A stretch of 64,000 bases of DNA from Cyanophora paradoxa CCMP329 (taxonomy: Eukaryota > Plantae > Glaucophyta): assembly GCA_004431415.1 (NCBI GenBank), contig QPMI01000649.1:62001-126000 (forward strand), in the 5' to 3' direction. The notes under the pieces are model-generated. The model did not search any database and was not told the DNA's origin. It worked only from the letters and a program-made list of their open reading frames with translations. Positions 36,085-52,768 of this stretch are shown here, in pieces. Numbering within the stretch: position 1 is the first letter of the stretch; each line of letters opens with the position of its first letter. Both the position numbers and the translations under genes were made by a program.

Positions 36085-37411
36085 ACCCTTCCTTACTAGT
36101 TCTCCACCCCTAGAGTTCCGTACGCGTTTCGGTTCTTGGTAGTACTGGTGTGCTGTTTGCTGACAACTTTAGTGCCTTCTAGTGTGCTATTTGCTGCCAA
36201 CTTTAGTGCCTTCCCAACTTCAGTCCTTTTCGGAATTGTTCCACTTATTCGCAATATTAATGGTACCTGCATTCCGCCATTTTCATGATCAGCTGCAAAT
36301 TGTCGCGATATCGATTGATTTAGAACGTAGATTTGGATTGCTCGTCTTGTCATTTGCATCTTTCCCACCGACGAAGCTGCTGTACATGTACATACAAATT
36401 CAAGCGGGAAAGTACGCTGTCGGTTTCTCTGCGTTTCGCGGGAGCGCGATGGGGTGGGGAATCGCACTGGGGATCCGGATCCGGGGCTCTAGATCTCGCG
36501 GGTTCGCAGCTTGCGCTGGCCATGCATATGGCCATGTTCGGCTCGTCCGGCGCGCAGGGCGGGAGGCCGCCCCCAGGCCTGCATGCGCGCGCGCTCAGGT
36601 GAGGCGGGGGGGAACGGATGGAGCGGGGAGGGCGCCCGCCGCGCGCTTGGCGAGGCGCTCGCCGAGGAACTTCGGAGGCTTAAGACACGCGACTCGGGGG
36701 CCGCCGGGCACCGCGCGCGCGCGCCGAGCGCCACCGCAGCGGCTCCCCGTCGCCCGCGTCCGCGCGCGGCGGCCTCGACCTTCGAATTCGCGCGCGCGCA
36801 GTCGCACTCGCAGGGGGCCTGCAGCGTGCCGCGGCCGCCAGCTGCAGGCGCGCCCTCCCTCGAGCTCTCCCGCGGCCGCCGAGCTCGAGCGCTAGCGCTA
36901 GCCGGCGCCGGCGCTGGAGGCGTGCGCTAGCCGGCGCCGGCGCTGGAGGCGTGCGGCTCGCCGCGGCGGGCGAGGGCCCAGAAGCAGAGCTGCGCTGCAG
37001 CTGCCGCGAACGCCGCGCGCGAGGAAGCGCAGGGCCGAGCACTGCGCCGCGCCGCGGCCGCGGCCGGGAAGAGCTTCGAATTCGCGAGCCGCCGCGCTCG
37101 GCCCCGCGGCACAGCTGGCGGCACTGCCTCTGCGGTGCGCTCGTTGCGGGCCAGACTCTTTCGAATTCGAATGGAGCCACTAGAGCTTGGCAGGCCTAGG
37201 CGCTGGGCGCGGTCCGATGAGCTAGAGCTCTCGGGGAGCGATGCTGGAGCTTAGCTGACCTCTGCTGGGGCCTTGTTTCATCCGACCGTCTGCCCCGGCT
37301 TGCAGTTCCAAGCCTGAAAGCCCCGTAAAGGGGGTACAACCGGATAGGCCAGCTGCACCGAGTCAAGGCGATCAAAAATCTCGGTTCGATCAGCAGGCGG
37401 CGAGCACAGCA

Positions 37412-39413
37412 ATGGCGACTACCGCGTTCTCTATTGGCGTTCCGGCCACCGTAGCTGACGCCGCGTCCGTCGGCGCCTGCCTCCCGGCGGCGGCCGCGTG
37501 CCCAGCTAAGCGGCGCCAGCCCCGCCGCCTGCGCGACCATGCCAGCCGCGACGCCGGTCGCGTCTTCATCGGCTCTTCGATGTTCGGAACGGCCGTGAGG
37601 GCGTCGCGCCGCTCGCAGGCTCCGGTCCCGAGCGCTCGGCCCGTTGTCGGTGCGGCGCCCCGAGCACGTCACCGCGCCTCTCTCGCGCCGAACCGGCCCG
37701 GCAGAGGCCTCTTCGACCGGCGTGCAGACGCCTCCGGCCCTCGAGGGCGCCGAGCTGGAGAAGTTCCTGCAGGACTTCGACGCAAGCGGCTCGGACAACC
37801 TCTTCCTCTTCCAGCGCGAGCTGGGCCCGCAGGGCGGCCGCGCCGTCGCGGAGTACCTTCGGAAGCGCATCGCCGCGAAGGGCGGGTCGGCGCTCCGCAA
37901 CCTGAACCTCACCATCAACATGATGGGCGACGAGGCCGCGTCGGAGATCGCCCGCGCCGTCAAGTGCGCTCGTCCGATCCGCCCTCGCTCCGCGGCGCCC
38001 GGGCGAGCGAGCCGACGTGCGGGCGCGGCGCAGGGAGGACAAGGACCTCATGCTGCTCGTGCTCTCGCACAACAAGCTGGCGGGCGGGAGCCTCGCCGCG
38101 CTGGAGGGGATGCTGCAGGCCAACCGCGGCCTCGAGATGCTGGACCTCGCCTACAACGACCTCCGCGACGACGGCGCCGAGCGCATGGTCCGCTCCTGGC
38201 TCCACAGCGCCTCCAACCTCCGCGTGCGCCCCCGCCCCGTACCCCGCTCGCATCCTCCCCCCTCCCGCGCCGAACGCCGTACCCTCCCCCAGGTCATGGT
38301 GCTGAGCGGGAACAACGTGACGCCGGCCGGCGGCCGCGCCGTCGCCGAGGCGATCCGCTCCATGCCCAAGGACCGGTGCGCCCCCGCGCCCCGCCTCCCA
38401 TCCCCGTGCCCCGTACCCCCGTGCGAAGAGCTGCGTACCCACCCCAGCGACCTCTCGTTCGCGGGCGCCGACGAGTTCAAGATGGTCTCGGGTGCCCCTC
38501 CCCCCAGCCCCTTGCCCCTCCCCCGCCCACCTCCTCCCCCTTGCAGGACGGGAGCTCTTCCTGGCGAGGAACGGGCTGGACGGGGAGGCGGTGGAGGATA
38601 TCGTGGGGGCCCTTCTGGACGGCCCCATGGGCTCCTTCCTCACCTCCCTCGCCCTCAACGAGAACCCCATCGGCGACAGGGCACGCCCCCGCCCCCGCCT
38701 GACCTTGGCTTGCCCTCGCCCGCCCTTGGCTTAGCGTGGGCGCGGCGCAGGGCGCGGCGGCGATGGCGCGCTGCCTGAAGGAGCGCAACCGCTTCTACCG
38801 CCTCGACCTCGACGCCACCGGTACCCCCGCCGCCTTCGCCCCCCCCCCCCCCCTCTGTACCCCGTTCGAGCGCCCGGCGGCAGGCATGGGCGACGAGGGC
38901 GTGACGGCCATCGCGGACGCCCTGCGGGTGCCCCGTACACCCACCCCGTCTTCTCCCCTGACCAACTAAACGCGGCCGTACCCCCCAGACGTCGCGGTCG
39001 TGCACGCGGATCTACCTGCCGGACAACGGCATCACCGACAAGGGCTGCGTAGCCCTCGCCGAGGCCCTCCTCGAGGTGCGCCCGTATCCCCCGCCTCTTC
39101 TTGCCCTGTACCCCCTCTCTGATTCCCGTACCCCGGCCAGAACGACACGATGAGCCGGCTGGACCTGAAGAACAACTCGATCGGCGACGAGGGCGCCTTC
39201 GCCCTCGCCAAGACCGTCGAGGTCACGCAGGGCCTCACGGTACCCCCCTGCCCCCCTCCCCCCCTCCCCTTCCGCCCCTGACCCCGGGTACAGGTGCTGG
39301 AGCTGAACGGGAACAAGATCACGGCGGCGGGGGCGGAGGCGGTGGTGGAGGCGGCGAAGAAGAACACGCGCGTCTCCGTCATCGGCCTCAAGAAGCTCCT
39401 CCAGGGCAAGTAA
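37412..39413 (+). CDS. RNI-like leucine-rich-repeat protein with putative plastid transit peptide
   Basis: About 28-aa repeats LxxLxLxxNxIGDxGAxxxA (LRNLNLTINMMGDEAA, LEMLDLAYNDLRDDGA, LTSLALNENPIGDRGA, MSRLDLKNNSIGDEGA). Leader MATTAFSIGVP... is Ala/Ser/Arg-rich. Confidence 0.88.
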
Positions 39414-39707
39414 GGGAGGAGGAGGAGGATGGGGGCGCCCGGCCCCGCGCTTCTCGGAAGCCGGCTTGTACAGTGGGGGCTCTGGAATGAAGGGGTTGTC
39501 TATCTTCGCCTCGAGCTCGCGATCGAGCCTCGCAACCGCCGCCAGGGAGCTGGGGGAGAGGGGGCCCAGCGCCGGCTGCAGCGTGGAGGGGGCCGCCGGC
39601 CGCGGCACTGCATGCTGACTGAAAACTAACACTTCATCATTATGCATATATGAGCAGCCAGATATCGATCGAGGGGTGCGAAAGCGAATCCGAAGGGAGG
39701 AGAGCGG

Positions 39708-41818
39708 CTAGCCGGGCGGGGCGGGGGCAGCGGGGGCCGGGTCGGGCGGCGGGGAGGGCGAGGCATCTGCAGCCGGCCCAGGCTCGGGCTCGGGTCCGGG
39801 CGGGGAGATGCGGGTCTCGCTCCGGGGGGCGAGGGCCCGCCTGAAGAGCTGAAGCTTCTCGTTCAGGTTCAGAATCGAGTCCGCGATCACCTGAGCAGGC
39901 CCGAATGAGCATGGCGGGCCGGAACCGAAGAAGAACCAGAGGGGACGAATCGCGTGCGCCGTACCCGGGCGTTGTTGTGCTGGTAGCCCCCGCTGAGCAG
40001 CATACAGATGGGCACGCGGCTGTTGAAGGCAGCCCGCCAGACCATCTAAAGCAGGCGTCGCGGGCGTACAGGGGTACGGGACGGGGCGTACGCGCCTCGT
40101 CCCGCTCGATGATACATGTCTCAGAGAGATCCATCAGACCTGCCGGGCCGGTGTACTCAGAAAAGAAGAACGGGTCGGGAGGGAGGGGTACAGGGAAGGA
40201 ACGAACCAAGGGGGTCCCCGGCGAGGCAGTCGGTGCCGGCGTTGTACAGGATGAAGTCAGGCGCGCACCGGTCGATCGCGTGCCTGGGAGGGGTACGGGA
40301 ACCGTCGGACGGGGGTACGGCATGCGCGGAGGGGGCTCGAGGCGCACCCGAGGGCCGAGCGGAGGGCGGGGAGGTACTCATCGTCCCCGACCCTATAAAT
40401 AGCGATTCGATTCGAATCAAGGACCGAGCAGCCGGCGCTGCGCTCGGGCCAGGGGGCGGCCGAGGGAGACGTACCCGGGGCTCAGCTCCCTCGCCAGTGA
40501 GATCCCCCGCTTCGCCCGCGTGTCTCGGGGGTAGATGTGGCTGTTGTACATGTCTGGGGGGTACGAGGTGAGGCGAACGCGAAGAGGGGGATACAGCTTT
40601 CGCGCTGGGCGGGGTATAAGTACCGAGTATGTAGACGGATTCGTCACCGGCGAAATCGAGCCCGTGGCCGTTGCCTTGGTGCGCGTCCAGGTCCACAATC
40701 AGGCACCTGGGGCCGCCGGGGGGAGGGGGGGTACGCGATCAGAGCAGGCTGGAGGGCGCGCGGGGGGAGGGGGGGGGGGGGGGGGGGCGGGCGCGCTTCC
40801 GGATCCGGTCGGAGAACTCGCGCTGGACCGTCTTAATCGCCAGCGTGATGTCCGCGTACCTGGGGGTACGCGCGCAAGGACGCGTCGGGGGTACGGCGGC
40901 GAGATGTGGGGGGCGGGGGGCCCCGCACATGCAGAAGCCGCCGCCCCTGTCCGAGGACGCGTGGTGGAAGCCGCCCCCGATGTTTATCGCCCAGCCGTGC
41001 TGCGGGCGGGGTCGGGCCCGGGAGGGGATGGCGAGGGCCGGCGGGCGCGCGGACCTTCACGGCGAGCCGCGCGGCGGCGAGGCTGCCGCCCGTCGCGTAC
41101 TGAAATGGCACCTGCGGGGGCGGCCGCGGCCGGCCGCGGATCGAATCGCGGCCAGCCCCGCCGGGCGCGGATCGAATCGCAGGGCCGCACGAGGACGTTC
41201 CGCTTGACGACGGCGCTCGGGAGGATCGCCACGGGCGGCACCTGCGAGGGGCGGCCGCTACAGCGAGCGCGGAAGCGGAGGGCAGAGCCGAGGAGCGGGA
41301 GCGCACCTCCGTGATCATGGCGACCTGCACGGAGCTCTTCAGAGACTCGAGGTAGCGCTCCGTGTGGACCTGCGCGGACGGAGCGGGCCAGCGTCGGCGG
41401 CGCCCGAGGGCATGCACGCCGGGGACGGGACGCGCCTGCCGGAGCTGCTCCTCGGTGACGGGCTCCGGCCGCACGAAGTGCTCGTGGCGCACGGCCTTGG
41501 ACTCGATCAGGTACCTGCAGCGCGGATCAGCCAGGGACCCGGCGGAGCGCTGCGGGAGCGGCGCGCACTTGTAGACCTTCGCATACTTCGCTGCATCGAA
41601 GGCTGCGACGGAAAGCAAGGCTACGTCGGGCGTACGCGCGGAGGCAGCGGCGGGATGGGTTTTGAGCGTGCGCGATGGGGCTCACGGTGTAGCTTCTCGA
41701 GGCCAAAAAAGGTGATGTTATACTTCTCTGAGTAGACGATCGGCAGCTTTGGCCCGCTGGAGCTCGGCTCCGGCGAGTGCTCCGCTCGATCCGGCGCCTT
41801 CTTGAAGCAGCTCCACAT
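39708..41818 (-). CDS. HDAC11: Class IV histone deacetylase (HDAC11/HDA2-like)
   Basis: LPIVYSEKYNITFFGLEKLH, GWAINIGGGFHHAS, YADITLAI, IVDLDAHQGNGH, DMYNSHIYPRD, YNAGTDCLAGDPLG and MLLSGGYQ. Confidence 0.95.
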
Positions 41819-41917
41819 TGCGAGCTGAGGCCGGAAAACTCGACCTGCTAGAGCTGAGTGTAGCTGAGTGTACCCCTACTCAGGGGCTAGTACCCGGGCT
41901 ACTGTCCCGGCTACACC

Positions 41918-43205
41918 ATGCGTCGAGCGAGCATGGATCACGAAGTCGGTTCGAAGACCGACGAGAGCTTGCGTCGATCTTCGAGCATGCGCGAGGAGAG
42001 CAGCGCCCCGGCTCCAATGGAACTTGCGAAGCCCACAACACTGTCCGAGTCCAACGCTAGGCGATACAGGTGAGCTGAAGCAGCTCGATGATGCAGGACC
42101 CGATCGGCCCCGTGCCTGCCCGCCCAGCCCTGCAGATCACCTTCAGATCGCACCCACCTGACTGACCTGACTCGGCCCCACGAACCCGCAGGAAGAAGGT
42201 GCTCGTGTACGCTTTTCGGTCAACCGATGCCATCACCTGTCACAAGAGCTGGGGTGAGAGCGCCGGGAAGAAGGGCGGTGCGCGGTTCACACGTCCCCGC
42301 CCATTCGATGCCCCTATCTGCCCTCCGCTTGTTAAGAGGGCGCTTAGCTTCTTAAAATGCAGCCGCGCGCCTTTGCCCTGAAGCTAATGCCCGCTTTCGT
42401 GTCGCGCGCGAACACACCAGCGCCTAGATCTAGACCGCTCGGAAGCCTGACCATTCGCTCACCTTTCCCGCGCGTAGATTGGGTCATCGTGAACTGCAAG
42501 AACGTAGACAGTGATAACCCTGATGGGGAGGATGTGTACACCTGCGGTCCGCTCAAAGCTCTCAAGGCCCACGCTCCCCTCGCGATCGCTTACGCTGGGC
42601 CACCGCAGATCATCAGGTCGGTCGGGCCCTTGAACCCCCCTGTAGACCTTGTCGCGTACCCCTGACGCGTCGCACACCGCCCGTTCCCCCTCCCCGGGTA
42701 CCCCCCAGGTCTTCCTCAAGGTCCGCGCCCCCTCCTGCCAGCCCCGTCCCCGCCCGCGCGATCTCTCACCGGCCGCCGCAGACGTACGAGCTCGTGGAAG
42801 GACGGCCCCACGTGTACCGTAAGACCGGGCACGTGCGTAGCACTGCGTACCCCTCCTCCCCGTCCCTCGGGCGCGCTCCGGAAGTTCTCAAAGGTGCCGC
42901 GGGCAGATCTGGGCCTCGAAGATGACAAAAGAGTTCGCGGTCGTGACCATGGAAGGCATCGGGCGCGGAAAGTGCGCCGTACCCCGCCACCGGCTGCCGC
43001 CGTCGCACCCCCTGCCCCCTCCGGCCCAGACGAACGCGTACCCCTGCAGGCAGGGCGACTGGCTCGCGCAGAACAGCCTTCAGTCCTGCAAGGAACAGGT
43101 GCGAGGCGGGGGCAGACGCGCCTTGCAGCTTGGCCGTTTCTCACCAAAGCGCAGTGGAGCATCGACGCTGGCGTCTTCGAGAGGACGTACGAGCCCGTGC
43201 CCTGA
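41918..43205 (+). CDS. Small protein with two tandem PGDYG-like domains
   Basis: Spliced product contains YRKKVLVYA...KSWGESAGKKGDWVIV...DVYTC...FLKTYE followed by YRKTGHIWA...VVTMEG...KQGDWLAQN...EQWSIDAGVFERTYE*, an internal duplication. Confidence 0.75.
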
Positions 43206-44039
43206 GGACTCCTCGACGGCGTACATGCCCCGGCCCGGGCCTATTATCGCCCCTTGAGTGCAGCCGCTCCAGGGTGCCGGCAGTTATCTTAGCTTATAGA
43301 ATTAAAGTAGCTGTCATTTATGATTACGTTTCAACGTTAACATTGAGCATACAAAGAGTAATTTCTACAGCGGGCGTTCGTTTGATGATCGGTTGACGTT
43401 TTGCTTGAACAGCTGCAGCTGCAGCTGTATACGTAGCTTGTTCGCTAGCGCTGGCATGCAGCTGTGCTGTCAACATCCAAATTAAAGCGCTTCAGCCTGG
43501 CTGGCCATGGGCCATTGCAATGCGGCATACGCAATGCCGCCGGGCACCGCGCGCGTGACACAACTCATCGATATCCAGTACGTATACTTCACTTGGCATG
43601 AAGCTTCAGAGCCACGCCGGCACCGCGCGGAACATATGCATGTGCATGCACAATGCAAGCTTAAAAGCCAAGCCTGCGGCGCATGCAACAGCGCCTCGCG
43701 CGCGCGGCGGCGCGCGGCGCGCTGCCGCGGTGCAGCGCTAGCGCTAGCGCTAGCCGTGTCCAGCTGAAGGGGGGGGGCGAGGAGGGGGGGGGGAGTTGCA
43801 GGTCGGCGTCACGGCCTCGAGTATCTGACAAGAGTGCGCTCGACGCGCTCCCAGCAGCGTCACAGGCTCACAACTGCTAGCTAGCGCTATATACTGGTAC
43901 AGGGCGGCCTCCGCTCACTAGGCGAGCGCTAGCCCAAACAGTCGCTTCGGCGGGCTCGACGCGCCAGTGCAGGAAGGAAGCGCGCCGCGCGGTATCCGCA
44001 CTCTCAAGTTTGATCTGGATCTGTACGTCGACAACAGCG

Positions 44040-46222
44040 ATGGAAGCAGCGTGCTTTGCAGCGGCGGCGGTCCCCCTGCGTTCCGGCTTCGTCCCGGCCA
44101 CTCCGACTGGAAGCGCTCGCCGTAGCTGGCTCGGCGGCGTGCACGGGGCTTCCGCGCAGGTACGCACGCGTACACGTCGCGGCCGCCGGCGGCTGCCTGC
44201 TCCCGCGCGCGGATATGACGCAACCGAACCATGACCAGCGTGACGCGTACGAGCAGGCGCCCGAGAGGAAACGAGCGGGGCCGCGCCGGGTTGCGTTCGA
44301 GGCTGCGCCTGCGCCGGCGGTCGTCGCAGCAGAGGCGACCCGCTTCCGCGAGGACCAGAGCGTGTGCGCGAATTCGAAGCCGAGCTAGCCGTCGTGGCCC
44401 CGCTCGAATCGACCTCCGGGCCAGGGAAGAGATCGCGAAGGAGGCGGTGGCAGAGAGGCACGAGGAGGAGATCGGGTTCTTCTCGCGGATCCTCGGTGGC
44501 CTGCTCTCCATCAAGCCCGGTGAGATTTAAATTTGATCCAGATTTGATCCGGATCATGCTTTAGGTAGTGTTCGAATTCGGAATCGCCGCACAGTGTGGC
44601 AGCTGGCGAAGCTGCAGGCGCGGAGCACGATCAAGAGCCGTGCCAACTCGGCCGGGCGCAACTGGGAGAAAGAGGTGGCCGCGCTGCGGAAGCACGACTG
44701 GGCCACGGAGATCAAGAAGGCTCGTGCTCACGCCTGCACCCCGCTCCTTGCATTTCTTCCTCACTGACTTCGCACGGGGCGCAGCTCAAGCTGAACAGCA
44801 GCCTGGCGTACCCCGACTACTTCCTCCGCCCCTTCCACTCCTACGACGAGGGTGCTCCTCTACCCCCCTTGGGCCCCTCCAGCTCGGCTCAGCCGCGCGG
44901 GCCGCGCAGGGAACATGTGCTGGGAGGCGGCGCTGGAGCAGGAGCTGGCGCTCGTCGCCATCGGCGTCCGCGACTTCCCGGGCTCCGGGCCCAAGGGCGC
45001 CAAGGTCCGTACCCCCCCCTCCCCCTCCCCCCCCGCTCCCACCCTCCCTTCTTCCGCCGTCCAGGGACCACTTAGCTCGGCTTCCCTGGTCTTGAGCCTC
45101 GATCGGCGCTGAAATCGAATCTGAATTGGAACCAGGTGCTGCGGGAGTCGTACCACCGGCTCCTGAAGGCGGCGTACGGCATCCCTGACCCCGTCGGCGA
45201 GCAGGACGCCGCCCTCGACCCGTGCGCCCCCGTACCCCCTCCCGGCTCCTTCCCCCTGACGGAACGAAGGCTGCGGGGTATGGCGGCGGGGCCGCTGCCC
45301 TCGCGGGTGGTCGACATGGGCTGCGGCTCCGGCCTCTCCACCATCGGCGCCGCCGAGCTCTTCCCAGGCGCCCACGTCACGGTCCGCGCGCGGCGCTTCC
45401 GTACCCCTGCCGTCGACGTCGGCCCCGCAGCTTGCTAATCGCCCCGCAGGGAGTCGAGCTGAGCCCGTACTTCCTCGCCATGGCGAACTACAATAAGGAC
45501 CGCCTGGACCCCACCGTACCCCGGTGCGAAAGCTCCCTCCCTATGGACCCCCTTTTGCCCTTCTACGGCCCCTGATTCATGATCAAATCTCGCAGGGGCC
45601 AGATCGAGTTCCTGCACGCCAACGCCGAGGATACCGGCCTCCCCGCGGTACCCCCGGCGCTTCCTGCCCCCGTGCTTGGCCGAAATTGAATGCGTACCGC
45701 CCAGGGCCAGTACGACGTCGTCTTTGTACCCTTCCTCTGCCACGAGCTGCCCCGCGAGGCGTCTATCAACGTCTTCCGTGCGCCCCCCCCCCCCCCCGCC
45801 CCGCCTTCCCCTGTACCCCCTCCGCGCCCCTGATAGGGGAACGTTCGCAGGCGAGGCCCGGCGGCTCTTGAAATCGGGCGGCATCCTCCTGTTCATCGAC
45901 CAGGTACCCCCCACACACTCCTCTGTACCCCCGGCGCCTCTCTAACGCGTACCCCGCCAGAACCCGGAGGCGTACGCGCAGATGAGCCCGGCGATCTTCA
46001 CTATGTTCAAGTCGACCGAGCCGTGGATGCAAGACTACCTGAGTGCGCCTCCCCGTCCAATCTAGTCCTCATCGGGCCCGGACCTCCTCACCTGATCCTG
46101 CTCGGCCCCCAGGGTGGACGGGCCTGCACGACGGGAGCGAGATCGAGCGGGCGGGCTTCACGGCGCCCTTCCAGATCCGCACGTGCGAGAAGCACTACGC
46201 CATGGTCGCCCGCGCCCTCTGA
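44040..46222 (+). CDS. Class I SAM-dependent methyltransferase, cyanobacterial type, putative plastid-targeted
   Basis: Motif I VVDMGCGSGLST, GVELSPYFL, HANAEDTGLP, FLCHELP and EARRLLKSGG; family-type YPDYFLRPFHSYDEGNMCWEAALE and KSTEPW; leader MEAACFAAAAVP. Confidence 0.9.
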
Positions 46223-46571
46223 GAGGCCGCCCGCCGCCCGCGCCGCGCCACTCTGCGCCCGGCTCGGCTTCGACCTTCATTTCAGCCTTCGCTAGCTGTA
46301 GTCGCGTTGTTTCTCTGGGGCTCTCTCGCACGAGCTCTAGAAGTATACGTAGTTTGATTTTTGCGGGATCGTGTAGATCCCCCGGCACTTCAGCTTCGAG
46401 CATGCATATGAATCTACCGCTTAGGCCCCAGTTCACCGCAGGAAATCACGCTTAGGCCTTCGTATACGAGTTTCACAGCCGCGGCTGCAGCTGGTTCGGT
46501 TTGGTTTGCGATTGCACATCTTCATGGACACGTCAGAGCTCGAGTTGAAGTCGGGCCGATCGCCAGGCTAA

Positions 46572-49130
46572 CTATAAGCTCTCGACATCGGTCACATGCA
46601 GAGGATGCGGGTTCTGGGGAGGCACGAGGCCGCGCGGGCGCCGGCCGCGGCCTTCGAGCTCTTTCGCGGCGGGAGGGGCGACGGCTCGGGCGGCAGGGGC
46701 GACGGCGCCGCGGCCGCCCGGGGCGCGGGCTTGCAATTGTCGGCCGCTGAGCGGCGGCTGGCGAACGAGCCTGAGCTCGAGGCGCGGGGGCCGGAGGCGA
46801 GGCCGCGCCCGGCGACGGTCTGGTACAGCGCGTGCGTCGGCACGCCGCGCATGCTGTCCGAGCGCAGCGCCGCGGCCCCGGGGCCCGCCGGCGCCCCCGG
46901 CGCCTTGCAGGTCGCCCCGATCGACGCCGAGGCCGTCAGCTGCAGCTGGAGCTCCCGATCGGTGATGCTGCCGCGCAGGCTCTGCGGTCGGGAAAACGTG
47001 AGCGGTCTCGAAGGTTTTCGAATCGAAAGCGAGACAAAGCTCAAGCACGGCGAGGGTGCCGCGGAGGTGGAGGTCCCGCTCGCGAAGGTGCCCCAGGATC
47101 TCCGCGCAGCGCCCGCGCTCCACGGAGAGCGCCGCCTCGCCCCGCGCCAGCGCCGCCCGCTCCTGCGCGAGCGCGCCCGCGCGCGCGAAAATTTAAATTT
47201 CGAGGATTGGATTTGAATGGATAGGGCCGACCAGGTCGCGGAGGGCGCGGAGGGCGGCGAGGAGGTCGGGGCCGGAGGCGTGGGGCGGGGCGGGGCGCCC
47301 CGCCTCGGCGAGGAGCGCGTGCAGGCCGGCGATGAGCGCGTCCAGCTCCGCGTGCAGCTCCTCCTTCACCTGCGCGCGCGCCCCGCGAGGCCGGCGCGGC
47401 TCGGCATCCAGAACTCGAAAGGCTTCATGTTAATAGCTATGGATTAAGCAGCAGATCGCGATCGCGAGCGAGAGAAGCGGCATCATTAATTTTGCGGGGT
47501 CGGATCCCTGTCAGAATTAGATCTAGAATCAGTTTGATTTGAGTTTCGCGCGCCTCGGTGACGCTGGAGAGCTCGCGGTGGAGCTCGGAGAGCTGCAGGT
47601 ACGTCGCCGCCTGCAGCTCCTTCCTGCGCGCGCCCGGATCGAATTCGAGCCGCTGAGCGGGATCCCGGAACGGGAGCGGGGCGGGCGGGGGCGCGGCGGA
47701 CAGCTCGGTGGTCAGGTGCACGACCTCCTCGCACGTGCGGGCCTGCGGAGATCACATCACGATCAGCTGCAGCGGATCACTCCGGGCGCGCGCGGGCGGG
47801 CCGGGGCGTCTCGCGCCTGCTTCTTCTGCTCGACGCGGAGTACGGCGCGCGCCTCCTCCTCGCGCACCGCGAGGCTCTCCACCCTGGTCTCCAGCGTCCG
47901 GATGTGCGTGCGCGGCGAGACGAGCGGCTCCACGTTCTCCTTGCCGCCGACCGCGGGCGCCTTCGCATTCGCATTCGATTTCGCGCTCGGAGCGAGCACG
48001 CGGCTCGATTGCGGCTGCTTGCTGGCTGCGGCTGATGCCGGCGCCGAGCTCTTGGGCGGCGACTTGAGCTTTGCAGGCGCCCCGACCTCTTCGAGAGCGG
48101 GCGCCGCCGCCGCCACGGGCTTCGGGGGAGAGAAGGATGCAGCCGCAAGCTTCAGCGAAGGGTCTATTGCGGGATATCGATGCGAAGCTTTGAGTTGGAT
48201 AATTTTATAATGGGACGGCGGGGGGCCGGGCTGTAGAAATTAAACACGCGCCTTTTGCAGCCGGGGCGCCGGCCACCGATCGCGAGGGCTTCGGGGGAGA
48301 GAATGCAGCCACATGCTTTGGCGGGGAGTCTGTAGATTCGAGTCGGCCAGCAAGCGCTGCATACGAGGCGCAAAAAGCTTGGCCGAGCACGCACCTTTCG
48401 CATCAGCAGCTGCAGCGGGGGGCTCTAAAGCTGCTGTCTTCGGCGGAGATATCGGTGCAGCTGCAGTTGCAGGGGCCGGCTTTGACGGGGACTTCGAGGC
48501 TGCAGCTGCCGCGGGAGGCGACTCGGGGCTCGAGATCGCAGTCGATTGCGAGGGCTTTGGTGGTGATACGGTCACTGCGGGGACAGCAGAAGCCTTCAAC
48601 GGCGAGCTGCCTTGCCCTAAGGTCTGCGAGCGGCTGGAAGATGGAGTTGAAGGGTGCGAAATGCTCTTCTGGAGATGCGGCACGTACGAATAAACAGCTG
48701 CTGCCGCCGCCGCCGGGATTTGCACGGAACGGCGCGGGATTTTCGACGGCGAGCTCGCGAATTCATTATCAGAGACCGTTCGGACCGCGCTCGCCTCTGT
48801 GCTGGACAGTCCGCGCTCCGAAATGCTTTTGAAGGATGCACTGAGCTGGCCCTTCGCCTCCAAGCTCGCTTCTCTGCAGTGGCATGCGAATCAGATCTCA
48901 CGCGGGCTGCTCGGGCGGGGCGCGAAAGTCACATTAAACGAGAGAACGATCACGTACGGAGTCGGGGAAGACCGCGCAGAAGACGGGGCGCGCGGGGGCA
49001 GGCCGAGCGCCCGGTTCGCCTCGACGAGCGCCGGGCGGGTCGACGGGGCGGCCGCGTAAAAGACCCTCGCCCGAGGAGCAAAGGCCGAAAGCTCCACTGG
49101 CGGCCCGCGGCCGGTGGGCGGCGCCGGCAT
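46572..49130 (-). CDS. Hypothetical Ser/Pro-rich and coiled-coil protein, multi-exon
   Basis: Repeated SPPK units, GKENVEP (KEN-like), and helical exons IRTLETRVESLAVREEEARAVLRVEQKKQ and KELQAATYLQLSELHRELSSV. The first exon is tentative. Confidence 0.6.
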
Positions 49131-49184
49131 GGTTTGGTTTGGCTGGGGGGAGGCACGAGCGGCCTGGGGGTACAGCACAGTGCG

Positions 49185-52469
<3,285 letters not shown>

Positions 52470-52768
52470 GCGCCGCGCTTGCGCTTGTTCCTATACCCGA
52501 ACAGTTACTGCTCCCTGTCTCGCGCGCTCACTGATGCAGCGAGTCTGTGGCGCTCTGTTCGCAGCGAGTCTGTGGCGTCTGTGGCTTGGGGAAGAGGGGG
52601 GAAGTTGAAGAAGGGGGAAGAGGGCGGGAAGTTGTAGAAGGCCTAGGGGGAGAAAGGGGGAAGTTTAAGACCGAGGGAGACTCTCAGCCGAAATTGCGGT
52701 CGAGCGCGAGCCGTCGCCAGTCAACGCTGTCAGCACTTGTCCCGGCACACAGATTCGGATATATATCG

